DNA of 64,000 nt from Treponemataceae bacterium (lineage in GTDB: Bacteria > Spirochaetota > Spirochaetia > Treponematales > Rectinemataceae), in contig CAXXGJ010000006.1 of assembly GCA_963677895.2 (NCBI GenBank), positions 392,626-456,625 on the forward strand. Reading direction: 5' to 3'. Shown one piece after another: positions 20,053-29,916 of this stretch. Made by a program: the position numbers and the translations under genes. Within the stretch, counting starts at the first letter, position 1. Each line of letters starts with the position of its first letter. A model generated the notes under the pieces. The model saw only the letters and a program-made list of their open reading frames with translations, made no database searches and was not told where the DNA came from.

Positions 20053-20117
20053 CTCCCTAAAATAGACAGTAATTATCTATTATGGGGAGTTTATGGTAAT
20101 ATGTTGAAAGTTGTCAA
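20053..20117 (-). promoter_or_regulatory. sigma-70-like promoter (TTGACA-18-TAAACT) with imperfect inverted repeat spanning the -10 edge to the RBS
   Basis: TGTCAA at 20112-20117; CTCCCTAAAATAGA...TCTATTATGGGGAG at 20053-20089. Confidence 0.5.
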
Positions 20118-20149
20118 GAACTAAAAGTAATAATAAGGAACATTTCTTA

Positions 20150-21145
20150 TCAGGCCATCGCGCTTTTCCATCGGCCGAGAATTTCCTCCATCTCCCTGTT
20201 CATCGTCGGATCGGGAACTTTGAGCTCGGGGCGCGCGTCATACCAGGCCAGAGCGCGGCGTATTCCCTCGGGGAATGAGACGGAAGGGTGGAATTCCGGC
20301 ACGAATCGCCTGATCTTCGAGTTGTCGAAGAGGACGCTGACCGCCTTGTCGCCTAGAAGGCCGGCTCCCCGTTCGTGATTGATCCGGGCGATGTACTCCG
20401 AGGGGATGCGGACGAGCCTTGGCTCGACGCCTAGGGCTTCCGCGGTGATGGCGTGGATGGCGGACCAGGTCAGGTGGTCGTCGGAGGTGATGTGGAAGGC
20501 TTCCGAGAGCGCCGCCGGATTTCCCAGCAACCCGACCAGGCCCACCGCGAAATCGGAGGCGTGGGTGAGGGTCCACAATGACTGTCCGTCGCCGGGCACG
20601 ATCACTTCCTTCCCTTCCTTGAGGCGCCAGGCGAGGCCGTAGCTGCCCGATCCGAAACAGCCTGGTATCCATCCGTCGCCGTAGGTGTGCGAGGGGCGGA
20701 TGATCGTATAGGGAAAGGAGCGTTCCCGCGCCTTGGTCGTCAGAATCTTTTCGCAGGCGATTTTCTGCCGCGAATAGTCCCAGAAGGGATTTTCGAGGGG
20801 CGTCGATTCGGTGATGACGGGGCTGAGCGATGGTTTTTGATACGCCGAGCAGGTGCTTATCAGCACATACTGATCTGTAACGCCATCAAACACATCCATG
20901 TCCGCTTCTACGTGTTCGGGACGGTAAGCGAGGAACTGCACGACGCTGTCGAACCTGAGCCCCGCGATCGCCGCCTTCACGGTTTCCGGATTCCTGATAT
21001 CGGCCTTGAGGACTTTTGCGCGCGCGTTTTTGCGCTCAGGCCTGCTTCCCCGGTTCAGATGGAACACTTCGAAGCCTTTTTCCAAGGCTCGCTCGCTGCA
21101 GGCCGAGGAGATGTTGCCGGTGCCACCGATAAAAAGTACGCGCAT
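20150..21145 (-). CDS. NAD-dependent epimerase/dehydratase (extended SDR)
   Basis: FIGGTGNIS, LNRG, catalytic YSRQK, IIRPSHTY. Confidence 0.9.
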   Translation of the reverse strand: MRVLFIGGTGNISSACSERALEKGFEVFHLNRGSRPERKNARAKVLKADIRNPETVKAAIAGLRFDSVVQFLAYRPEHVEADMDVFDGVTDQYVLISTCSAYQKPSLSPVITESTPLENPFWDYSRQKIACEKILTTKARERSFPYTIIRPSHTYGDGWIPGCFGSGSYGLAWRLKEGKEVIVPGDGQSLWTLTHASDFAVGLVGLLGNPAALSEAFHITSDDHLTWSAIHAITAEALGVEPRLVRIPSEYIARINHERGAGLLGDKAVSVLFDNSKIRRFVPEFHPSVSFPEGIRRALAWYDARPELKVPDPTMNREMEEILGRWKSAMA

Positions 21146-21174
21146 TGGATCACCCCTTGGGTTTCGCTTTTTTC

Positions 21175-21229
21175 TTGACAACTGACGTCTTACAACTTAA
21201 GATTATGAACAAGTACAGTGGTTTGTCAA
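21175..21229. promoter_or_regulatory. overlapping divergent sigma-70 promoters containing a CTGACGTCTTAC operator-like site
   Basis: + strand TTGACA(21175)-17-TAAGAT; - strand TTGACA at 21229-21224; motif 21182-21193 lies in the spacer. Confidence 0.65.
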
Positions 21230-21255
21230 GGAAGATAGCCGGACAAGGAGCGTCG

Positions 21256-22362
21256 ATGTTCGAATTTGTGCCCGAAGAGATCGAGGAAAAGAAGCGCCGA
21301 GTCAGAACCCTCCTCGAGAAGCTCGAGCTGGACGCGATCTACCTGAAGAAGAGCGCCAATTTTTCCTGGGCGACGGGAGGCGGCTACAATATCGTGGGCA
21401 TGGCGACCGAAATCGGCATCGCCGGCATTCTCATCACCGCCAATCGGGAATATGTCGTCTGCAGCAATATCGAAGCGGCGCGGATGGAAAAGGAAGAGCG
21501 CCTCGTCGAACAGGGTTATGAAATAGTCAGTTTTCCCTGGAACGACGATCAGGAAGCGGCGATCGTCGGATCACTCGGGGGGCCAAGGCTCGGCGCCGAC
21601 CACGGTCTGGCTGGCGCGACGGACATCTCGTCGAAGATACAGCCCCTCCGATATTCGCTGACTCCATGGGAGCTCGTCCGTTACCGGAAGCAGGCGCTCG
21701 ACACGGCGCGCATCGCCGAGGAAACCGCCATAGGCATAAGGCCGGGCGAGGAGGAGAGGGCCGTGATCGGCAGACTTTCCGAAAAACTGTGGAAGAGCGG
21801 AATGGATTTCATCATCGCTTTTTGCGCCGCCGACGACCGCATCGCCCGCTTTCGCCATCCCGTAGCCACGGACAGGAAGATCGACCGAAGGGCGATGATC
21901 AGCGTGAATTCCAGAAAACGCGGCCTGATCGTATCCATCACGCGTTTCGTGCAGTTCGGCAAGGTCCCCGCCGATCTCAGGCGGTTGTATGAAGACAATG
22001 TCTACGTTGACTCCGTCATGATGGCCGCCACCCTGCCCGGACGCCCGGCCGCGGAAGTCTATGACGCGGCGCTTCGCGCCTACGCCGAAAAAGGCTATCC
22101 CGAGGAGTACAAGCTTCACCACCAGGGCGGTTCCATCGGCTATGCGGGCAGAGACTACAAAGTCACCGCCGCGACGAAGGAAATCATACAGGAAAATCAG
22201 GCATTCACGTGGAATCCATCCATTACGGGAATGAAGAGCGAGGATACGATGCTCGCCACGGCCAAAGGTCCGGTTGTCCTGTCAGAACCCGCGCTTTTCC
22301 CCGTTCTGACGATGGAGAAAGACGGTTTCGCGTTCCGAAGACCAGGGATTCTGGAGTTGTAG
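21256..22362 (+). CDS. M24 (creatinase/prolidase-fold) protein with non-canonical metal site
   Basis: N-terminal creatinase-like domain; FRH, SITR, HHQGG, WNPS, KSEDT motifs. Confidence 0.8.
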   Translation: MFEFVPEEIEEKKRRVRTLLEKLELDAIYLKKSANFSWATGGGYNIVGMATEIGIAGILITANREYVVCSNIEAARMEKEERLVEQGYEIVSFPWNDDQEAAIVGSLGGPRLGADHGLAGATDISSKIQPLRYSLTPWELVRYRKQALDTARIAEETAIGIRPGEEERAVIGRLSEKLWKSGMDFIIAFCAADDRIARFRHPVATDRKIDRRAMISVNSRKRGLIVSITRFVQFGKVPADLRRLYEDNVYVDSVMMAATLPGRPAAEVYDAALRAYAEKGYPEEYKLHHQGGSIGYAGRDYKVTAATKEIIQENQAFTWNPSITGMKSEDTMLATAKGPVVLSEPALFPVLTMEKDGFAFRRPGILEL

Positions 22363-22405
22363 GACGGGGAAACCGTCCTCCGAACCAATCAATAGGAGGC
22401 TTTCG

Positions 22406-23377
22406 ATGAAGATGAAGAGACTGGTGCTTCTCGTCTCCGCGTTCGTTCTTTTCGCTGCGCTCAATGTCGGGGCCCAGCAGAAGAAATTTCCCGAAAGGGA
22501 GCTCGAAGTCATGGTGCCCTGGGCCGCCGGCGGAGCGACCGACGTCATGGTGCGCATCTTCGCGCCCGTCATCCAGAAGTATTTGGGCGTTCCTCTCCTC
22601 GTCACCAACAAACCGGGCGGGGCGGCAGTTCCGGGCTACGTCGAGGCGATGACGAAGAAGAATGATGGCCACTACCTCGTCGCCTGGGCGACTCCCTCCC
22701 TCACGGTCACCCATATGCAGAAAACGCCCTACGACGCCAACAGTTTTGAACCCGTCATCGACGTCGTCATGGCGCCGGTATGGTTCCTGGCTCCCGCCAA
22801 TTCGCCCTACAACAACCTGAAGGATCTGGTCGAGGACGCGAAGAAGCGCCCCGGCATGGTCAACCTGGGCAACGCGGGCGCCGGCGGCGGCACCCATATG
22901 ATAGCCCTGGCCTTCGAATCGGCCGTCGGCGTCAAGTTCAATCACGTTCCGCACGCGGGCGGCAACCCGGCGGTGACGGCGGCGGTCGCCGGCCAGGTGG
23001 ACGCGATCACCTGCGGGCCGCCCGAAGGCGTGCCCCAGCTCGCGGCTGGCCAGCTGAAGTGCCTCGGCATCTTCTCCGAAGCCCGTCTCAAGGAATTCCC
23101 CAACTACCCGACAGCCGTGGAATTGGGCTACGATTTCGCCATGGGCCAGTGGAGGGGAATCGCCGCGCTCAAGGGCACCGATCCCGCTAAGATCAAGATC
23201 CTGCACGATGGCTTCAAGGCGGCCATGGCCGACCCTGAGTTCATAAGGCTCGCGGCTCAGTCGGGTCTTCTTCTGGATTACCGCAATACCGAGGACTTCA
23301 GGAAGCTCATCCAGAAGGAAGACGCCTACTACGAGAAGGTCGTGAAAGACAACAAACTGGGCAGCAAGTACAAATAA
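22406..23377 (+). CDS. tctC: tripartite tricarboxylate transporter substrate-binding protein (TctC/Bug)
   Basis: signal peptide; VPWAAGGATD, NKPGG, HVPHAGG, WRGI. Confidence 0.93.
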   Translation: MKMKRLVLLVSAFVLFAALNVGAQQKKFPERELEVMVPWAAGGATDVMVRIFAPVIQKYLGVPLLVTNKPGGAAVPGYVEAMTKKNDGHYLVAWATPSLTVTHMQKTPYDANSFEPVIDVVMAPVWFLAPANSPYNNLKDLVEDAKKRPGMVNLGNAGAGGGTHMIALAFESAVGVKFNHVPHAGGNPAVTAAVAGQVDAITCGPPEGVPQLAAGQLKCLGIFSEARLKEFPNYPTAVELGYDFAMGQWRGIAALKGTDPAKIKILHDGFKAAMADPEFIRLAAQSGLLLDYRNTEDFRKLIQKEDAYYEKVVKDNKLGSKYK

Positions 23378-23880
23378 TGGGCAAGATTGATGTCATATGC
23401 GGCCTCCTCGCGGGGGCCGTTTCCCTGCTTTTCTACATCGGAACGCTCTCCTTCCCGGACATGAGCATAGGCATCAACCCGAGAGCCTACCCCATCGTGA
23501 TCATCGTCGCGGCCTTCGCGCTTTCGGTGCTTCTCATCGTTCAGGGGGCGATGAAGATGCGGAGGGAGAAGGCTTCCGAAAAGGGTTTGAGAGGTGAGGC
23601 CGAGGGAGCTGCAGAGATGGCCGCGGCGCGGACCCTGCCCAGGGGCAAGACCGCGTGGTATCTCGTCATTCTCGCCGTGGGTATGGTGCTCTATGCGCTG
23701 ACCCTCGAAGGCTTGGGTTACGTCATCGTGACGCCTTTCCTCACCGCCCTGACGATGTATCTTTTCGGCGAGCGCAGACCGTTCAGGATCATCCTTGTGT
23801 CGGTCCTCGTCTCGATCGTCCTGTATTGGGTATTCCGGAGCGTCTTCCGCGTTCCTCTGCCCCGTTCGTTCATCTGGTGA
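23377..23880 (+). CDS. tctB: TctB-family small permease
   Basis: 4 TM segments, P..YP, F...FRVPLP. Confidence 0.85.
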   Translation: MGKIDVICGLLAGAVSLLFYIGTLSFPDMSIGINPRAYPIVIIVAAFALSVLLIVQGAMKMRREKASEKGLRGEAEGAAEMAAARTLPRGKTAWYLVILAVGMVLYALTLEGLGYVIVTPFLTALTMYLFGERRPFRIILVSVLVSIVLYWVFRSVFRVPLPRSFIW

Positions 23881-23893
23881 GAGGAGGACAATC

Positions 23894-25376
23894 ATGACAG
23901 GAGTACTCGAGGCATTGGTGTACGTCCTCAGCCATATTCATTTTCTTATCGTCGGCGTAGGGGCGGGCATCATCGTGGGAGCGATTCCGGGGCTCTCGGG
24001 ATCCACGGGCATCATTTTGATGCTTCCCTTCCTCATCTACATCGATCCATCGGCGGCCCTCATCATGATGAGCGGTCTCTTCTGCGGGTCTATGTTCGGC
24101 GGTTCCATCGCGGCCGTCCTCATCTCGACGCCGGGAACGCCCTCGGCCGCCGCGACCGTCCTGGACGGTTATCCGCTCGCGAAAAAAGGTCAGGCTGGCA
24201 AGGCCTTGGGTGTGGCTTTGGTCGCTTCCACGGCTGGGGGAATCATATCCACGCTCTGCCTCATCTTCCTCGCTCCGGAGCTGGCCAAGATCGCGCTGAA
24301 ATTCGGACCCTCCGAATACTTCGCCCTCATGATCTTCGGCCTCACCATCATGGCGAGCGTGTCTTCGGCCTCGCTCACGAAAGGACTTCTTTCGGGCTTT
24401 TTCGGCCTCCTGTTGTCTATGGTCGGCCTCAACCCCACCCTGGGCACGGAGCGCTTCACTTTCGGCATCACCCGCCTTCTCACCGGTTTCTCCATGATGC
24501 CCGTGCTGATTGGTGTTTTCGCGATTTCCGAGGTTCTGGCCCAGCTGGAGCTTTTCAACGAAGGCAAGATCGTCAGGCTGTCCAAGAAGCACAAGATCGG
24601 GGAAATCATGCCGACGCGGAAGGAAATGAAGGGGCTCTGGAAGGTCATTCTCGGATCTTCGATTCTCGGGACTATCATCGGGATAATTCCCGCGACGGGC
24701 GGCGCCATCGCTTCCTTCATGGCATACAATGAGGCCAAGCGCTTTTCGAAGGACCCGGACTCGATTCGGCAAAGGCAATCTGGCGGGAGTAGCGGCGCCT
24801 GAGTCGGCCAACAACGCCACGACGGGCGGGGCGATGATCCCGCTCATAACCATGGGCATTCCCGGCGATGTGGTGACCTCCGTCATGCTGGGCGCTCTGA
24901 TGATCATCGGCGTACAACCCGGTCCGCTGCTTTTCACGCAATCGCCGCAGATCGTCAACAATCTCTTCGTGGGTTTCATGCTCGCGCAGTTTCTCATGCT
25001 GGGCATGGGCTACCTGAGCATCCGCGCGTCGAACATGATTCTAAGGGTGCCGCTCGCCATACTCTATCCCATCATCCTCTGTCTCTGTCTTTTGGGCGCC
25101 TACTCCCTGGGGAACAGCGCCTACGACGTCATGCTAGCGCTTATTTTCGGCGTCGTCGGTTACTTCATGAAGAAGTATGGCTTCTCGGCGCCGTCGGTTA
25201 TCTTGGGGCTCATCCTGGGGCCGATCGCCGAGCAGGAGCTGGGCAGGGCGCTGATCATATCGCACGGCGACTGGACGACGCTGTTCACGTCGCCTCTATC
25301 CATCATGTTCTATGTCTTTGCCGTCCTGTCGGTGGCATATTCGCTGGGGCTGTTCAGAAAGAAGAAGGTCGCGTGA
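23894..25376 (+). CDS. tctA: TctA-family permease, frameshifted near 24764 (probable assembly error, otherwise pseudogene)
   Basis: TctA motifs split over two frames; removing one base from GAC TCG A TTC GGC restores KDPDSFGKG..APESANNA. Confidence 0.88.
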
Positions 25377-25381
25377 GGGGC

Positions 25382-25421
25382 GCGGGGCGATGAGCGCGTG
25401 GGATGAGAGCGGGGCGATGAG
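25382..25421. repeat. degenerate 13-14 bp tandem repeat (x3) between convergent genes
   Basis: GCGGGGCGATGAG / CGCGTGGGATGAGA / GCGGGGCGATGAG. Confidence 0.6.
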
Positions 25422-25427
25422 TAGTGT

Positions 25428-28381
25428 TTATAAGCGCGAGCCGAGCCGGGCGCCAGCGTCGGCCGGGGCTGAATCTGTCAGTTCCAGGAGTCCTTTCATA
25501 TCGATTGAGCCGTCGTCGCGTGGCTCGGGCTTCATGCTTGTGTCGGGGCTGACGAATATGTCGGCGCTCAGGCTGCGGTCTTGGGAGTTGACGCTCTTCG
25601 CGCCGTTCCAGAAGTAATTGTCCGCCGACGCGAGCTCGGGCATTTCCCTGTAGAGATCACCCGCGCCTCCCGCCATAGAGATGACGCCGCTCGCCCTGAA
25701 GAGCCGGGCGCCGTCGCCCTTCCCGTACAGGCTTATGTTCACGCCCTTGTTCCATAGGAAGTGCAGCGCTCCACGATAATCGCCGGGTTGGAATTGCTGG
25801 TGATTCCGCTGGTGCCGTTGATCCAGGCCACGCTATTCCGCAGGATATGGGGCACGGCGATCCCGTCCCCGCCCAGCTTGAAACCGTTGCCGTCGCCATT
25901 GCCCGAGCCGTCGGAGAGGGAGCCGTTCCCCCAGGCCGCGCAGTCTTCGATAAGTACGGCGCCGATGGGTCCAGTCTCGATCTTGCTGAAGAGATCCCAG
26001 CCGTCGTCGATGTTGTGGTAGGCCAGGCAGCCCCTGAACACGTTGCCCTCGCCGACGGTGAGTTTGGCGGCGAAGCCGTCCGCGTTGTTGGCGGCCGGGT
26101 CGCTGTTGTCGTGCGAGACGCAGTTCTGGATCAGATTGTCCCGCGGCCACTTTTCGGCCGGTTCCGCGCTTGAGCCGCTGATCTGCAGGCCCGTATCGCC
26201 GCAGCCGTAGGTTCGCAGGTTCCTGACGATATTGTTGTTCCCGGCCACCTGGAGGCCTTTGACGTTATCCGGCGTGTTGCGGATATCGATGCCCTCGATG
26301 GTCCACCAATCGCCCGACAGCAGCATGCCGCCCGAACTCGAGTAGCTAAAATCGAAGATTGCCCGTTCTCCGGGCGCCGACATCAGGACCTTGCGCAGCG
26401 CCGCAGTCCCGTTGTTGCCGCGTTCGATCGTCACGGATTTGGGGGGATAGTAGACGCCTCCCATAAGGAGGATCGGCTGTCCGGGCTTCGCGTAATACAG
26501 GGCCGAGGTCAGATCCAGGGGCGATTCCATTGAGCCGTCTCCGAAAACCGAACCGTCGCGGGACACATAGAGCCCGTCGCCCTCGATCGTCCGGTAGATC
26601 ACGGTATGGCTGAGGGAGATGGGCTCGGAGCTCTCCACGTATTTCCGAAGTTCCCTGTCGTAGCGCGCTATGGCCATCTTTTCGCCGGGCCGGAACCCGG
26701 GATCGGGCGTGAAGGTGAGGAAGAAGTCGTTGATGCCCCAGGCGAGCTCGATGTCGGCGGTGAAATCCTCGAGCGCCGTGACGCGGGCACCGTCGATGAC
26801 GAGGTTGCGGTCCTTGTCTTTCATGGTGAGTCGGCCGTCGGCGTTCGAAGTGAAAACGAAGGGATAGGATGGCGTCGTATACGAGGAGGGGGAGTCCACC
26901 ATGGCGACGAGGGGGACGAGCTCTGGAGGCTCTTTTTGCGCCGGCGGATCCGTCCTGGGATCGGTGACGGTCATCGAGACATCGCTGACGGTTGCGTTGC
27001 AGCCCCTAGCCACCGAAAAGCCGACATACAGGTGGTCGGGATCGAGCTGGAGCAGCTTTTCGGGGCCGTACATGATGTATTCGGTGACGGTTTCCTCCGT
27101 CGCGTAAGGTTTTTCGAGGATGGCATGGTAGCCGGTGTTGGTCTTCTTCAACGTTAGCGTGAAGCGGTCGCCGACCCTCACGAGGTCGGAGCTGTCGTAG
27201 CTGTAGGCTCTCGACAGGCTCGTGCCGTTCCGCGCTATGCCCGCGTCGCCGGAGGCGATGATTTCCTTCGTCAGGCCCGAGACGAAGCGCGCCCCGAGGG
27301 TGTCCTTGCTCGTCTTTTTGACCCCGTCGATCGTCTCCTCGAACTTTGTGGCGATGATGCCGGCCGAGTTCGTGTAGTGGTTGGCCGAGCTGACGCCGTG
27401 GGCGCCCAGGCTGTCCAGGGCGAGGAGGCCGAAGCCTTCCTGGCCGTCGGCCGTGGGATTGATGTAGTCGATGGTGAAGGTGGCCTTGAGCTCGAAATTC
27501 TCGGTTTCGGGATCGATGACCGTATAATAGAAGGAAATTCCGTCGTGGAAGGCGGTGTACTTGCCGCCTTTCTGGTCGATCTGGAGGTCGGCCGGGTTGA
27601 AAGAGCAGGATTTGAGCCTGAAGACGAACTTGTCCGCGTCGATCATCTCCATGCTGTTCAGCTCGGCCTTGCTGGATTGGCCGAACCAGGTGAAGAACCA
27701 CTCCCTTTCCGCCTCGGCCTTGGCCAGCTTGAGGAGGGGTTTCGAGGGCGAAGTCTCCTTGCCCCGGATCGCCGAAACGGCGAAGGAGTAGCGTTGGCCC
27801 GGGATGAGGCCCGATACGGTCGCATTTAGCCGCGACGCGCCATCCGTCGGGGCGACGAGGCTTGTGTTTGGGCTCGAGCCGCCCGCCGCGTCCTCGCTCC
27901 AGGATACCAGGTAGCGCTCAGCTTCCAGAACAGGCTCCCAGCCGATGAGCATCATCCCCTTGCCCATGTTCCTTGCCTGGATTACGGGTTGCGCGAGGGG
28001 GAGGGAGAAGTCGAAGGATCTTGTATCGGAAACCTTCGTCTCCGCGACGCCGGTTCTCGACGCGACGATGGAAAAAAGATAGGTGCCGCTTTTGGGCGGC
28101 TTGAATTCGGCGGTTTTTATCTCCCTGGACGATCGGCCCAGCAGTTTCGTCTCGAGCTTGCCGCCGACGGCGTCCATCATGGTCACCGCGGCCCGGTCGG
28201 CTCCCTTGGCGCCGATCTCCAGCCTGAAGGCGACGAGCAGGGTGTCGGGACGATCCGGCGCGAGGCTCAGCGAGATGAATTCCGGCCCCGCGACCTTGTC
28301 CCAGGCTGGGCGAGTGTCCTGCGCCAGGCAGGGCATGGCCAAGGCGAGACAAGATAACAGGACCATCAACCCGTGTTTCAT
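25428..28381 (-). CDS. secreted multidomain polysaccharide lyase family 9 (PelL/PelX-like beta-helix) with Fn3 domain; frameshift near 25751
   Basis: signal peptide; Fn3 W..V..A..Y...GLIPGQRYSFAVSA; PL9 motifs DTGLQI, NADGFAAKL, NIDDGWDLF, GNGFKLGG; adding one A restores YGNKGVNISLY. Confidence 0.88.
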
Positions 28382-28424
28382 GGGCGAGCCTTTCGGGACG
28401 AATCCGGCCATGGAGGGCTACGCT

Positions 28425-28937
28425 TTACTTGATGAAAATCTGGTAGATGTTGATTCCGCTACCCTTGGAGAACAGGACATACTCGCCGGCCGCGGGGAGG
28501 CTGGCCTTCGCGAGACCAGCGTTCTTTTCGTCGTCGGGGGGAGCCACAAGCTCGGCGACCACCGCTCCGTCGGCAAGCTTCGCCAGCACCAAGGTGCGGG
28601 CGTCGGTCTTGCTGGAACTGTTGGTATAGATGAGAACTTCGGTCGCGCCGGCGGCCGTGAAATGAATCGAGCGGTAATCGGCCGCGCCGCCGCCGTTCAG
28701 CTTGATCCGGTTGTTGAAGATTTCTCCGTCGGCCGCAACGCGGGGCGCCGACATGGCTTCGATGGTCACGCCCTTGTCGCTCTTGGCGAATATGGCGAAG
28801 CTGCCGAATGCCTTGGTCGCTGTAATCTGGGCGGCCTCGAGATCGTTCGCCGTGAAGAATTCCTCGGCGCCCAGCGTGGCTGCCGTGAACAGACCGGCCA
28901 TAAGGCAGAACAACAAGAATCCTTTTTTCATGGTCAT
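28425..28937 (-). CDS. small secreted carbohydrate-binding-module protein (CBM77-like)
   Basis: signal peptide; FNNRIKLNGGG..DYRSIHF, SSSKTDARTL, AGEY.L.S.GSGINIY resemble the pectin-binding CBM77 pattern as I recall it; AGGAGG RBS. Confidence 0.65.
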   Translation of the reverse strand: MTMKKGFLLFCLMAGLFTAATLGAEEFFTANDLEAAQITATKAFGSFAIFAKSDKGVTIEAMSAPRVAADGEIFNNRIKLNGGGAADYRSIHFTAAGATEVLIYTNSSSKTDARTLVLAKLADGAVVAELVAPPDDEKNAGLAKASLPAAGEYVLFSKGSGINIYQIFIK

Positions 28938-29071
28938 CGGTATGCCTCCTGAGAGTACCAGGCGCCCCGGCTTTGACGGGGACTGCCCGCGGCGAAACCG
29001 CCTGCCTCAGTATACCTTCACTTTCTTACACAAAACAGGCGGATTTTTGGACAAAGGCGACATGATAAGCC

Positions 29072-29792
29072 TTAACGTACTTCTTCCGGCTCCAGGGAGG
29101 CCGATTGCTTTGTCAGGGTGCGCCGGTAGCTCGCGTCGAGATGGCTGTGCATGGCGTTGAAGGATCGCTCGGGGTCGCGGGCGGCTATCGCTTCGTAGAT
29201 GACTCTGTGTTCCTCGAAGGCGTGGCGGTGGTCTTCGCTCGTGCGCGGGGCGTCTTTGTAGGTCTTGACGATCGAATCCATTATGATCGGTATAAGGCGG
29301 ATGATGACGGGATTTTTGGTCGCCTCGGCGATGCTCCGATGGAAATTGAGTTCGACGTTTATTCCCACCTTGCGCTGATAGACGATTTCTTCCATGTCGC
29401 GGACGCAGGCGGCGATTTTCTCTATATCCTGGTCGTCGGCCGTTTGCGCGGCCAGCCGGGCCACCCCGGGCTCGATGATGAGACGGGCCTGTATCAGGGC
29501 GAGGCGCAGATTGGGACTCATGATGAAATCAAGGCCTAGGGGGTCTTCGGCGATGCCGGGCATCTGTGAGACATAGGTGCCCTTGCCCCTGTGGATTTCG
29601 AGGACGCCCTGGGAAGCGAGCGTCTTGACCGCTTCGCGGATAGTCGGTCTCGAGACCGAAAAGAGGGAGCATAAGCTCCAGCTCATTCGGAAGCTTGTCG
29701 CCCGGCTTGAGCTTTTCGTTGAGGATGAGTTCCTTGATATGGGCGGCGACTTCCTGCGAACGTCGTTTTCCCGTAGACAGATTGGTGTACAT
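29072..29792 (-). CDS. FadR/GntR-family transcriptional regulator, frameshift near 29672
   Basis: LKPGDKLPNELEL / CSLFSVSRPTIREA..GKGTYV split over two frames; FCD domain R..IEP, FH..IAEATKN, EEH. Confidence 0.88.
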
Positions 29793-29825
29793 GATACCTC
29801 GTGCCCGGCCGAAACCTTGCGTAAT

Positions 29826-29837
29826 CTGATGTCTTAC
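29826..29837. promoter_or_regulatory. operator-like site CTGATGTCTTAC upstream of the FadR gene
   Basis: 11/12 identical to 21182-21193. Confidence 0.55.
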
Positions 29838-29916
29838 CTTACTACGTCCGCGCCCTTGCCGCAAGATCGAGCATCGCGTCGCCCCTGGAGGGCGGCGCGT
29901 GGATCTCCGCGTCCGC

